Positions 38,406 through 48,094 are shown, counted from the stretch's first letter. The stretch is 64,000 nucleotides of DNA from a bacterium (GCA_021801565.1 JAJYXV010000015.1:155198-219197); one strand, 5' to 3'. Translations and numbers: made by a program. The notes: generated from the letters alone by a model not told the origin.

Positions 38406-39320
38406 ATGGATGAAAGGAAAACACCAATTGAGAGAATAGTTGGGTTGCTGCAACTAAAAAAACGGAAACACATTGTTCTCACACTTCTTATTGGATGTGT
38501 GTTATTTGACGCTGTCTGGATTTTCAACTTTATTTCAGCAATGGAAAAAGTGGGAGTAATATATTTTTTGAATGTCGGACAAGGCGATAGCGAACTTGTA
38601 ATATTTCCCAGCGGGGTAAAATTGCTGATTGATGGCGGCCCGCCAAACGGAAAGGTAGAACAAGAACTTTCTCGAATTGTCGGCTCGTTCGACAGATATA
38701 TCGATCTTGTGGTACTAAGTCATCCGCAGATAGATCATTTTGGCGGACTCATTCGTTTATTTCAGGACTATCGTGTCGGCGCATTTCTTACCAATGGGGA
38801 AATATCAGGAGATGATGCTTATACGTCTCTTATTGGTAATTTGGAAAAACAAGATTCAAAAAAAGTTGCGGTATATGCAGGTGATATGATACAACAAGGA
38901 AATATTTCGTTTCGCATATTGTCACCACAAATTACTGATCATAAGAGTCAAAAAAAAGAAAATCCGAATGATCGCGCGATTATAGGGAAGCTTTCAATGA
39001 ATCAAGTGAATATTTTGTTTACCGGAGATATCGGAGAGAATATTGAAAACGCATTTGCTTCGTCTTTTGAAAAAACAGATGTACTAAAAGTTGCACACCA
39101 TGGATCAAAAAACTCATCAAGTGAGGAGTTTGTCTCTATTGTTCAGCCAAAAATCGCGGTGATTGAAGTTGGAAAAAATTCATATGGCCACCCATCTTCC
39201 GATGTAATTCAACGACTTTTAAATAAAGGTGCATCGATATTTCGGACTGATATTGACGGAACAATAAAGATTATTTTTGAAAATGGATCGGCTCGCATTT
39301 TTTCCCTCCCCGATGTGTAA
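38406..39320 (+). CDS. ComEC-type metallo-beta-lactamase domain protein (split from comEC)
   Basis: NVGQGDS, SHPQIDHFGG, FTGD, KVAHHGS, NSYGHP, RTD..G. Confidence 0.9.
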   Translation: MDERKTPIERIVGLLQLKKRKHIVLTLLIGCVLFDAVWIFNFISAMEKVGVIYFLNVGQGDSELVIFPSGVKLLIDGGPPNGKVEQELSRIVGSFDRYIDLVVLSHPQIDHFGGLIRLFQDYRVGAFLTNGEISGDDAYTSLIGNLEKQDSKKVAVYAGDMIQQGNISFRILSPQITDHKSQKKENPNDRAIIGKLSMNQVNILFTGDIGENIENAFASSFEKTDVLKVAHHGSKNSSSEEFVSIVQPKIAVIEVGKNSYGHPSSDVIQRLLNKGASIFRTDIDGTIKIIFENGSARIFSLPDV

Positions 39321-39358
39321 AATTTCGCAAAATCTTCTTTTGGCGATACAATAGATAT

Positions 39359-39721
39359 ATGCAAAAGTTGATCAATGTATTTCCCGCCCGTTTTCTGAGA
39401 GATAAAGTACTTCGTACACTTTTTTTTGCTGGGCTTCTTCTTTTTGTTGGGAGCTTTATATTTGTTCTTCTCAAGGTAAACCTCCTTAGTCTTCCAGTGA
39501 TTCTTCACTTTGATGTAATGAGCGGAGTAGACAGGTTCGGAGATCAATCTTCGGTATGGGGTGTGTGGGGTCTTGGATTTGTGCTTTTTATCATTAATTC
39601 CATATTGGGAGAAATGTTTTTGTTGCGCGAACGCGCACTTTCATTTGTGTGCTTTGGTGCGAACTTATTCTTGAGTATTTTGTTTCTCATTATTCTTTCG
39701 GTTATTATTACAGTAAATTAA
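39359..39721 (+). CDS. Hypothetical membrane protein
   Basis: 3 TMs, ILHF...GVD.FG. Confidence 0.7.
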   Translation: MQKLINVFPARFLRDKVLRTLFFAGLLLFVGSFIFVLLKVNLLSLPVILHFDVMSGVDRFGDQSSVWGVWGLGFVLFIINSILGEMFLLRERALSFVCFGANLFLSILFLIILSVIITVN

Positions 39722-39854
39722 CTAGATAATGAAAACTGGATATATGCTTTGCGCAAGATATATAATAAACACCTTCAACGTAAAATAATGTTATAAAAAC
39801 AAACATTTCAATGATTTCTGTTAAAATAAATTACATCTCTATTACCTAGTGAAT

Positions 39855-40901
39855 ATGGCAACTATTATCTTACTCATTATTATTGTGGTCTTATTTATCG
39901 GGGGATTTATATCTCTTGGCGTACTTATTTTAAAACAAAAAAAGTTAAAAGAGAGTGATCAAGCGCTTGTGCTTATACAAAATCAAATTAATGAACTAAA
40001 TCGTACGCTTGATAATAAGGTGGGGGAATCAACGCGCGCGATTGAACGGCAGTTCAGCGAAAGTGCAAAAATCATACGTGATGTAACAGAAAAACTTACA
40101 AAACTTGACGAGACAAATCGGCAAGTAATGAGCTTCACCGACCAACTGCAATCATTGCAGGATGTATTAAAAAACCCGAAGCAAAGAGGAATACTTGGTG
40201 AATATTATCTAGAAACGCTTTTAAAGAATGTTTTACCACCAGGAAGCTATCAGATGCAGTACCCATTTAAAGATGGAACGATTGTTGACGCGGTAGTATT
40301 TGTGAAAGATAAAATTATTCCAATTGATTCAAAGTTTTCACTTGAAAATTATAACAGGCTTGTGGACGAACATGATCAGATCGAACGTGAACGACTAGAA
40401 AAATCTTTTAAAGCCGATTTAAAAAACCGTATCGACGAAACAGCAAAATATGTAAAGCCGAGCGAGGATACAATGGATTTTGCATTTATGTTCATTCCCC
40501 ATGAAGCAATTTATTATGATCTGCTTGTTGCGCAAGTGGGCGCGGTAAAAGTAAATACGCGTGACTTAATTGAATATGCATTTAAGGAAAAACATGTAAT
40601 TATTGTTTCTCCAACATCGTTTCTTGCATATTTGCAAACCGTGCTTCAAGGACTCAAGGCGCTTCAAATTGAAGAATCGGCAAAAGAAATCCGAAAGCGC
40701 GTTGAAGAACTTGGGAAGCATCTCGGAAGTTATGAATCATATATGAAAAAACTTGGAGGGCATTTGGGAACGACGGTAAATATGTATAACAGTGCATATA
40801 AAGAATTTGGAAAGATTGATAAGGACGTTATGCGGATTAGTGGTGAAGCGGCAGGGATTACCGCAGAAACTATTGAGGGACCAAAAGAGGAAGAAGATTA
40901 A
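39855..40901 (+). CDS. rmuC: DNA recombination protein RmuC
   Basis: N-terminal TM plus coiled coil; K.RG.LGE; IDSKF; T.DFA.MFIP.E; VSPT. Confidence 0.92.
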   Translation: MATIILLIIIVVLFIGGFISLGVLILKQKKLKESDQALVLIQNQINELNRTLDNKVGESTRAIERQFSESAKIIRDVTEKLTKLDETNRQVMSFTDQLQSLQDVLKNPKQRGILGEYYLETLLKNVLPPGSYQMQYPFKDGTIVDAVVFVKDKIIPIDSKFSLENYNRLVDEHDQIERERLEKSFKADLKNRIDETAKYVKPSEDTMDFAFMFIPHEAIYYDLLVAQVGAVKVNTRDLIEYAFKEKHVIIVSPTSFLAYLQTVLQGLKALQIEESAKEIRKRVEELGKHLGSYESYMKKLGGHLGTTVNMYNSAYKEFGKIDKDVMRISGEAAGITAETIEGPKEEED

Positions 40902-40940
40902 GTGGGTTTATAATGTAAGGGTATATAATCTACAAAATCC

Positions 40941-41207
40941 ATGTCTCCACGGGAATTAGAAAAACTCTTAAAGGCAGTAGGAAATAGGCGACGAATTGCT
41001 ATTTTGCAATATCTTAAAAAGCACCACGAAGCATCAGTGGGGGAGCTTGCGAATGAAATACACCTTTCATTTAAATCAACCTCGAAACATCTTACGGTGC
41101 TTTTATCGGCTAATATTGTTGAAAATAATCAGAGAGGTGGATGGGCGGTTTATACTATTATAAAAGAACAATCGCCCGTTGCATTAAAAATTTTATCCCT
41201 ATTATAA
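40941..41207 (+). CDS. ArsR/SmtB family transcriptional regulator
   Basis: KA..N.RR..IL..L...SVGELA...S...S.HL..L. Confidence 0.85.
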   Translation: MSPRELEKLLKAVGNRRRIAILQYLKKHHEASVGELANEIHLSFKSTSKHLTVLLSANIVENNQRGGWAVYTIIKEQSPVALKILSLL

Positions 41208-41233
41208 TTTTTTCATATTTATTTTTGTACTAA

Positions 41234-41281
41234 TCCCTCATTCATTTACCCATTCGTACGAATGGGTAAATGAATGAGGGA
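41234..41281. repeat. Perfect 48-bp palindrome with no loop
   Basis: tccctcattcatttacccattcgt|acgaatgggtaaatgaatgaggga. Confidence 0.95.
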
Positions 41282-41347
41282 GGGGGGGATGAAGGAAAGG
41301 AGAAAGATAGTGTGAAATATATTAGTGGCATATATCATACACATATT

Positions 41348-42061
41348 ATGAAAAAAACCACAAAACAAAATAGAAACGTTTTGGTGGGAGTAATAAAAAG
41401 TAGGAAAGATCTTCGTATTCTTTTGAAGGATGGATGGTATAGGATCCCCTTGATACACGTGCCGAAACGCAAGTTTTCATATATTGCATTTTATCAACCG
41501 ATTTCGTTTGGGAAGAATGGAAAGCGCATTGAATATTATGCGCGCGTGGGAAAAAGAGTGATTGTGCAGAGAATCAATTTATTGCCAAAAGAAAAGAATC
41601 ATCCACGGGCACATGATAAATATGTAAAAATTCAATGTGAAGAAATAATAAAACTCCCACGGGCCATAAAAAATATAATGCCACGTCGTGTATCTTTTGG
41701 ATTTACTACAATAAAAACCTTGCTTTCTGCAAGGAATATACTTGAACTTTTTGGCGTGCCTCAAACCGAAGAAATAATAAAAAAAGAATTATGGTGCGCT
41801 GGCATGAAGGCAGTAAGGGAATTTCCAGTTTCAGTAAATGGAAAAAGATATCGAATTGATTTTGCTCTTTTTTATAAGAAAGGAAATATCGCAATTGAGT
41901 GTGATAACGACAAAGCTCATAGAAATAAAACACAAAAGAGGAAGGATAAAATAAGAGATTCTATTCTTTGCCGCCATGGGTGGCGCGTGATTCGCCTCAG
42001 AGAAAAAGATATCATAGAGCGCCCCGATAGGTGTATCGCTCGTATTAAAAAACTGATGTAG
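41348..42061 (+). CDS. DUF559/Vsr-like PD-(D/E)xK endonuclease with N-terminal WYRIP domain
   Basis: YRIDFA...IAIECD...H...D..RD..L...GW.V.R. Confidence 0.8.
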   Translation: MKKTTKQNRNVLVGVIKSRKDLRILLKDGWYRIPLIHVPKRKFSYIAFYQPISFGKNGKRIEYYARVGKRVIVQRINLLPKEKNHPRAHDKYVKIQCEEIIKLPRAIKNIMPRRVSFGFTTIKTLLSARNILELFGVPQTEEIIKKELWCAGMKAVREFPVSVNGKRYRIDFALFYKKGNIAIECDNDKAHRNKTQKRKDKIRDSILCRHGWRVIRLREKDIIERPDRCIARIKKLM

Positions 42062-42126
42062 TTTAAAAAAGAAATAGGAGTTTATCTTTAAAAATAAAAA
42101 ACCGACAGTATGTCGGTTTTTAGATT

Positions 42127-42525
42127 TTAATTTTTCGCATTTTTTGCTTCAGTTGTTTGGTTTTGTGGGACGAAAACTAACTTTCCCCCAAATTTTTTTG
42201 GTAGTCGCCACGTCCAGACATTTCCATCACTAGTGCTATTTCTCCACTCAAACACTTTTTCTAACCCGTTTTTCATCATGAACCTTTCGTCTTTTGCAAC
42301 CAACTTACATGTACCGAGAAAAATTGGATCAAGTATTGCAATGTCTCTTTTTTCACCAATCTCGAGGTCCCGATCAATGTGTTCACAATATATAGAACAT
42401 TCTCCACTTTTTCGTTTTGGAAGTTTATACTCCGATATTGCTCTTATCTTGGATGAGTCGACTTTATCTGGATTTGCTAAACTACCATTTACGGTATAGT
42501 AAAAAAGCTTTTTTCTACGTGCCAT
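42127..42525 (-). CDS. Orphan hypothetical protein
   Basis: ORF with GAGGTG 3 nt upstream of ATG 42525; bidirectional terminator at about 42098-42121. Confidence 0.6.
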   Translation of the reverse strand: MARRKKLFYYTVNGSLANPDKVDSSKIRAISEYKLPKRKSGECSIYCEHIDRDLEIGEKRDIAILDPIFLGTCKLVAKDERFMMKNGLEKVFEWRNSTSDGNVWTWRLPKKFGGKLVFVPQNQTTEAKNAKN

Positions 42526-42623
42526 TTTCACCTCTCTTGTTGTTTTAGTGCTGTAGTCATTATTATCCTCCCTATCTAAAAATGTAAAGTATTTGACCAT
42601 CGCGTAGTATTTATGAAGTGAAC

Positions 42624-42651
42624 TTGACAGGAAAAATGTATGTGCTATAAT
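42624..42651 (+). promoter_or_regulatory. Consensus sigma-70 promoter
   Basis: TTGACA-16-TATAAT with TGn extension. Confidence 0.75.
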
Positions 42652-42657
42652 GCTTTT

Positions 42658-42761
42658 GTTGAATGCAGTGTAGGTTTCTTATCTTCACCGCGACGGTTCG
42701 CCGAGGCGGAGAAATGTAAGGAATCCCTCTAATTCCTCCCGCCGAAAGGCGGGGGGTTTTT
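42658..42761 (+). ncRNA. Candidate small structured RNA
   Basis: After consensus promoter; nested stems capped by cgg-TTCG-ccg; ends in GC hairpin with GAAA loop plus T tract; no ORF. Confidence 0.5.
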
Positions 42762-42769
42762 GTATGTCA

Positions 42770-42810
42770 TTTCAAGAAAACCACGGGCGTAAGCCCGTGG
42801 AGTTTCATTT
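42770..42810 (+). mobile_element. IS200/IS605-like end hairpin remnant, copy 2
   Basis: tttcaagaaaaccacgggcgtaagcccgtggagtttcattt. Confidence 0.55.
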
Positions 42811-42811
42811 A

Positions 42812-43082
42812 CCCAATAGAAGAAAATTAATATACCACTTTTTGTGTTGGGTATAGCCTAAGTTTATATACAAATAAAAACAAAAAATTATAGGTTTTTC
42901 CTCCAGTAAGGTCCACATAAATATGATTAAGTTTTTCTCTACCGGGTTTATTTACCAAGTAGTGAAAATTCAATTGGTTGCGAAGCGGCTGATTTCCCAA
43001 TAAGTCGCCATGAGCTTATTTTGTTTACGTAAATGTGTTTTTCAAAATTTATACCTATTTTTATTGAATTTCTACTACTTGG
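42812..43082. repeat. Two tandem inverted-repeat elements (42812-42946 degenerate; 42955-43082 AGTGAAA subtype)
   Basis: ccaagtagtgaaaattcaat / attgaatttctactacttgg, flanked by TTTAC on both sides. Confidence 0.8.
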
Positions 43083-43120
43083 TTTACGCGTATTTTCAAA
43101 CCTGCTACTCTATATGTGTG

Positions 43121-43238
43121 CGGTTCGGACCTCCTTGGCGGCTATGGATGTGCACTCGTTCAACATTTAATAAAAAATTGGAGGTTACCGCCATAGCCGC
43201 TCAGGGTGCCTGAGCGGCTTCAAAAAAACAACGAACCG
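43121..43238 (+). ncRNA. Candidate structured RNA, possibly a reduced 6S RNA
   Basis: cggttcg/cgaaccg closing stem; TTTACG-17-TACTCT promoter; gagcggcttcaaaa recalls the 3' bubble of Firmicute 6S RNAs (from memory). Confidence 0.4.
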
Positions 43239-43305
43239 GAATTATGGAAACAGATAAAAACATAAAAGTCACTAACTAAAATAAATCCAATTTCTACTAT
43301 TTGGT

Positions 43306-45864
43306 ATGTTTTCATTTCTATCAAACATAGGGGAGAAAAAAAATATAAAGCGTCTCGAAGATATCGCATCGCTGGTTTTGACGTTTGAAGATGAGTTAAA
43401 AACTCTCTCTTCGGAAGAATTAAAAAATAAGACAAATAAATTAAAAGAAAGATTGCAGTCGGGGGAATTAGATGAGCATATTCTTCCAGAAGCATTTGCG
43501 CTGGTGCGAGAGGCGAGCCGACGTACATTGGAAAAACGGCATTTTGATGTGCAGATTATGGGAGGAGTGATTCTCCATGAAGGAAAAATTGCTGAAATGA
43601 GAACTGGAGAAGGAAAGACACTTGTAGCAACGCTTCCTGCATATTTAAATGCACTGTCTGAAAAGGGGGTACATATTGTTACTGTTAATGATTACCTAGC
43701 AAAGCGCGACACGGTGTGGATGGGACAGGTGTATTATGCACTTGGGCTTAATGTTTCTTGTATCGTCCATGACGGAGCATATATATATGATCCAGAACAT
43801 ACACAACAAAATAACCAAATTACAAATGACAAATTACAAACAAATTCAAAAACCCAAAATCAAAATGAAAAACTAGACAAACAAAGAGATGACTTAGGGG
43901 GATTTATGGTGTTTGAAGAATTTTTACGTCCGATTTCACGAAAAGATGCATATCTTGCGGACATTACATATGGCACCAATCATGAGTTTGGGTTTGATTA
44001 TCTCCGCGATAATTTGGTGATGCGAACCGAAGACAGGGTACAGCGTCCGTATTATTATGCAATTATCGATGAAGTCGACAGTATTTTGATTGATGAGGCA
44101 CGTACCCCACTCATTATTGCCTCGCCGGATCAGGCATCAAGCGAATATTACAAAATGTTTGCGCGCATTGCGGAACGATTGGAAAAAGATAGAGATTACA
44201 TAGTTGATGAGAAACTCAGATCGGTAAATGCAACCGAAGAGGGTATTGAAAGGGTAGAAAAAATAATCGGGATTTCAAATATTTTTGATCCGGAGCACTC
44301 TCGTCTTGTGCATTTTTTTCAAGAGAGCTTGCGTGCAAAAGCGCTTTTTTTCCGCGATCGAGATTACGTAGTGCGGAGTGGAGAAATAATCATTGTTGAT
44401 GAATTTACCGGACGCATGCTTCAAGGAAGAAGATATTCCGGCGGATTACACCAAGCGATTGAAGCAAAAGAAAATGTATTAGTAAAGGAAGAAAACCGAA
44501 CGTATGCACAAATTACCATCCAAAATTACTTTCGTTTATATAAAAAAATTGCCGGTATGACAGGAACTGCGCAGACTTCCGCAGAGGAGTTTCATAAAGT
44601 GTATGGACTTGATGTGGTAAGTATTCCGACAAATAAACCGATGATTCGCGAAGATTTAGATGATAGAATTTATAAAACTAAAGAAGCAAAATATCGTGCA
44701 ATTGCCGAAGAAGTAAAAGAGCGACATAAGAAAGGACAACCAGTGCTTCTGGGAACAACATCAATTAGCAACAACGAGACACTCTCAGCATATTTACTAT
44801 CTGCTGGAGTCCCACATGAAATATTGAATGCAAAAAACAATGAACGTGAAGGAGCAATTATTGCACAGGCAGGAAAATTTGGGGCAGTGACTGTTGCAAC
44901 AAACATGGCGGGGCGTGGTGTTGATATTATTCTCGGGGGAAATCCTCCGGTTGAAAAAGAAATGGAAAAAGTAAAAATACTTGGTGGACTTCATGTTATT
45001 GGCACTGAACGGCATGAGGCGCGGCGTATTGACAACCAACTTCGCGGACGCGCGGGACGCCAAGGGGATCATGGTTCATCTCAATTTTTTCTTTCGCTTG
45101 AGGATGACTTAGTACGTATTTTTGGAGGTGAACGAATTTCGCGACTGATGGCGACACTTAATTTTCCTGAAGATATGCCAATTGAGACGAAGATGATTTC
45201 AAAAGCGGTGAACCAGGCACAGCAAAAAGTGGAAGGGGCAAATTTTGACATGAGAAAACATCTCCTTGAATTTGACGATGTACTCAACAAACAGCGAACC
45301 GCGATTTATACAAAACGAAACATGTATCTTGAAATGGGGGAAAAAAATGAAATACGAAACGTGGTATGGGACATTCTTTCAAGGTTCCACATACATGCGC
45401 GTGAGGAAATGATACAGCAGGCAGAGTACAATCCATCGGAGTCACTTGATCAGAAGTTAAACAAACTTGATGAGAAATTAAAGAAAGTTCCAGAAGCATT
45501 TGAACCAGAACGTGGACTTATTATTGGACAACATCTTGTGCATATTATGGATACATTGTGGGTGGAACACCTAGAGAATCTCGAGGGACTTCGCGATTCT
45601 GTAAATATTCGCGCCTATGGACAACATGAACCACTTACCGAATATCGCCGTGAGGCACATATATTATTCCAAGCACTTAACAGAAATTTTGAGGAGCTTG
45701 TGTGGAATACAATATTTCCGATTTTTGATTTTGATTTAAAACAGATAAAAACAGAAGAACCAAAATCGAAAACACCCGCGAATATAAACACGAAAGAAAT
45801 TGGACGAAATGATCCTTGTTGGTGCGGGAGCGGAAAGAAGTTTAAAAAATGCCATGGAAAATAA
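43306..45864 (+). CDS. secA: Preprotein translocase subunit SecA
   Basis: MRTGEGKT, DEVDSILIDEARTP, ATNMAGRG.DI, QLRGRAGRQGD, C-terminal SEC-C. Confidence 0.98.
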   Translation: MFSFLSNIGEKKNIKRLEDIASLVLTFEDELKTLSSEELKNKTNKLKERLQSGELDEHILPEAFALVREASRRTLEKRHFDVQIMGGVILHEGKIAEMRTGEGKTLVATLPAYLNALSEKGVHIVTVNDYLAKRDTVWMGQVYYALGLNVSCIVHDGAYIYDPEHTQQNNQITNDKLQTNSKTQNQNEKLDKQRDDLGGFMVFEEFLRPISRKDAYLADITYGTNHEFGFDYLRDNLVMRTEDRVQRPYYYAIIDEVDSILIDEARTPLIIASPDQASSEYYKMFARIAERLEKDRDYIVDEKLRSVNATEEGIERVEKIIGISNIFDPEHSRLVHFFQESLRAKALFFRDRDYVVRSGEIIIVDEFTGRMLQGRRYSGGLHQAIEAKENVLVKEENRTYAQITIQNYFRLYKKIAGMTGTAQTSAEEFHKVYGLDVVSIPTNKPMIREDLDDRIYKTKEAKYRAIAEEVKERHKKGQPVLLGTTSISNNETLSAYLLSAGVPHEILNAKNNEREGAIIAQAGKFGAVTVATNMAGRGVDIILGGNPPVEKEMEKVKILGGLHVIGTERHEARRIDNQLRGRAGRQGDHGSSQFFLSLEDDLVRIFGGERISRLMATLNFPEDMPIETKMISKAVNQAQQKVEGANFDMRKHLLEFDDVLNKQRTAIYTKRNMYLEMGEKNEIRNVVWDILSRFHIHAREEMIQQAEYNPSESLDQKLNKLDEKLKKVPEAFEPERGLIIGQHLVHIMDTLWVEHLENLEGLRDSVNIRAYGQHEPLTEYRREAHILFQALNRNFEELVWNTIFPIFDFDLKQIKTEEPKSKTPANINTKEIGRNDPCWCGSGKKFKKCHGK

Positions 45865-46276
45865 AATCCCAAAATCCCTAAAAAAAGCCGGTTACGAAAT
45901 ATATTGCGACGCAGAAAAACTAGGATCATTGGATATTCCTATCGTAGATTTTAAAATTAATGATTTGATATGGAACTTCGACTTACCTTTATGGGGAAAG
46001 GACGGCGAAAGCTGGAATCTAACCCCGTGGGATGTTATCAATAAGGTTCCCGGAAGTGCTAGTCAGCGGAAACGCGTAGAAAATATTGATATGACCTACC
46101 CCATATTGGTTATTGAGAGAAACAATAAGTGGCTCATCATAGATGGCGTGCATCGATTAGTAAAAGCGTATTTAGATGATCAAAAAACAATATTGGCAAA
46201 AATAATAACGCAGGATTTAATTGATAAATATCCATGGAGAACCGATTCAAAAAATGTTAATGCGTTGCGGAAATGA
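45854..46276 (+). CDS. ParB/Sulfiredoxin N-terminal-like domain protein
   Basis: YPILV...IIDGVHRL.KA; ATG overlaps secA end. Confidence 0.7.
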   Translation: MENKIPKSLKKAGYEIYCDAEKLGSLDIPIVDFKINDLIWNFDLPLWGKDGESWNLTPWDVINKVPGSASQRKRVENIDMTYPILVIERNNKWLIIDGVHRLVKAYLDDQKTILAKIITQDLIDKYPWRTDSKNVNALRK

Positions 46277-46309
46277 TATAGAATTTAGAGATGTCATAGA
46301 AAATGAAAT

Positions 46310-46723
46310 ATGGAAACTTATACTATTGCAACGGCAATAATTAGAAATAACAACGAATATCTTATTGCAAAACGAGCGCCAACGAAAAAATTTGCGCCAA
46401 ACCAGTGGGAATTTATTTCCGGATTTATAGATGACGGAGAAACAGCAGAAGAAACAATTTTGAGGGAAATTAAAGAAGAGCTAGGTATTGATGGGAAGAT
46501 AGATAATTCATCAAGTCCATTTTATGTTATTGATGATGAGGGGAAATGGACTATTGCACCATTTTTAATTGAAGTAAATACACGAGATATTAAAATTAAT
46601 CTAGAAGATCACTCGGAGATAAAATGGGTCATTGCAGATGATTTAGAAAAATATCCTGATCTTAAACCATTTCTGGAAAATAGAGGTGTTAAGAATTTTT
46701 ATGCAAATACAGATAAAAGATAA
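46310..46723 (+). CDS. NUDIX hydrolase
   Basis: G.IDDGETAEETILREIKEELG Nudix box. Confidence 0.9.
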   Translation: METYTIATAIIRNNNEYLIAKRAPTKKFAPNQWEFISGFIDDGETAEETILREIKEELGIDGKIDNSSSPFYVIDDEGKWTIAPFLIEVNTRDIKINLEDHSEIKWVIADDLEKYPDLKPFLENRGVKNFYANTDKR

Positions 46724-47390
46724 TCACGAGCCACTCGTGGATATAAAAAAATATTGTCCCGGAGTTGTAGTGAGAATTGGAAAAAAGCGGATGAAAATTG
46801 AAAAAACCGCATATCTTCGAAAAACTGTTGCGGAGATGCTTCGAAGTGCGCAGAAAAATCTACCAAAAGGCTGGAATTTTATTATTAATGACGCGTGGCG
46901 TCCACAATATATACAAGCTGAAATTTATTTTAATTTCATCGAACGTTTTCAAAAAATGCATCCCAAATGGACACAAGAGATGATTATAAAAGAAGTGGAA
47001 GAGTATGTGGCAGATTGGAAGGGTGTTGCTTCATCGGGGCATATGAGTGGAGGAGCGGTGGATATACGTTTGGTGGACAAATATAAACACAAGATTCCGA
47101 TGAAAAAGAGGGGACTAACCTATCAGCAAAATGCACTTTCAGATCAGAAATTACTGCCTGCATATATTCAAAAAAATAGAGAAATTATGTTTTCAGCGCT
47201 CAGAAAGGCAGGATTTTCGAATTATCCAAAAGAATATTGGCACTGGTCGTATGGTGACTATCAGTGGGCAAAGCGGAATGGGAAGAAGATAGCATTATAC
47301 GGTACAATTTCAGATGTGAGGGGATTATATTCAAAAAAGATGTGTCCTTGCGGACAAAACAAAAAATTTGTCGAGTGCCATGGGGAATAG
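46701..47390 (+). CDS. M15 (VanX/DdpX-like) D-Ala-D-Ala dipeptidase with C-terminal SEC-C motif
   Basis: DAWRP, H..GGAVD, EYWHWSYG; tail CPCGQNKKFVECHG. Confidence 0.85.
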   Translation: MQIQIKDNHEPLVDIKKYCPGVVVRIGKKRMKIEKTAYLRKTVAEMLRSAQKNLPKGWNFIINDAWRPQYIQAEIYFNFIERFQKMHPKWTQEMIIKEVEEYVADWKGVASSGHMSGGAVDIRLVDKYKHKIPMKKRGLTYQQNALSDQKLLPAYIQKNREIMFSALRKAGFSNYPKEYWHWSYGDYQWAKRNGKKIALYGTISDVRGLYSKKMCPCGQNKKFVECHGE

Positions 47391-47405
47391 GGCCCCTAAA
47401 AAATT

Positions 47406-47708
47406 ATGAAATATAACAAATTAGTGCGGGATAAAATTCCCGAGGTCATAAAAAAGAAAGGTGGATCACCAGTTTATCATGTTGCGGACGAGAAAGAATA
47501 TTGGGAAATGTTAAAAAGGAAATTATCCGAAAAAATTAAAGAATTTGAAGAAGATGAGAGTAAAGAGGAGTTTGCCGACTTACTTGAAGTAATTGATGCG
47601 ATTGCTGATTATAAGAAATTTGATCGGAAAATAGTGGAAGAAATCAAAGAAAAGAAAGCCGAAGAACGAGGAAGGTTTAAAGATCGAATTATACTTGATG
47701 AATCGTAG
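47406..47708 (+). CDS. MazG-like nucleoside triphosphate pyrophosphohydrolase
   Basis: YNKLVRDKIPE...EE.ADLLEV...K..ERG.F. Confidence 0.8.
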   Translation: MKYNKLVRDKIPEVIKKKGGSPVYHVADEKEYWEMLKRKLSEKIKEFEEDESKEEFADLLEVIDAIADYKKFDRKIVEEIKEKKAEERGRFKDRIILDES

Positions 47709-47716
47709 TAATTTTT

Positions 47717-48094
47717 ATGAGTGCAAAGATAAATTTAAAAATAAGTGCGAGACCAAAAGAAACTACCATACGATTTCGGGCGGTAAACCGCGATATTTTT
47801 CTTGCAATTAAGAACGGGACAAAGAAGATAGAAACACGGGCGGCGACAAAAAAATATCAGAAAATCCAAAAAGGGGATACGTTAGTTTTTGTATGCGGGG
47901 AAGGTAAGTTCAAAAAACAGATTAAAAATACTGAACATTTCCCCTCAGTTAAATCATTGGTGAAAAAACACAAACCAAACGCAATAAATTCAAATGCGCA
48001 TTCCGAGAAGGAACTAAGCGAGATGTATGATAAATTTCCTGGGTATAAAGAGAAAATAAAAGAGTTTGGTATTGTTGTGTGGAAATTGGAATAA
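47717..48094 (+). CDS. ASCH/PUA-like domain protein
   Basis: F.AIK.G.KKIE.R...GD..VF. Confidence 0.75.
   Translation: MSAKINLKISARPKETTIRFRAVNRDIFLAIKNGTKKIETRAATKKYQKIQKGDTLVFVCGEGKFKKQIKNTEHFPSVKSLVKKHKPNAINSNAHSEKELSEMYDKFPGYKEKIKEFGIVVWKLE

Noticed and set aside
36924-39320. comEC as a frameshifted pseudogene
   Set aside because: Both parts have their own starts, intact motifs and a 9-bp gap; split ComEC is a known arrangement
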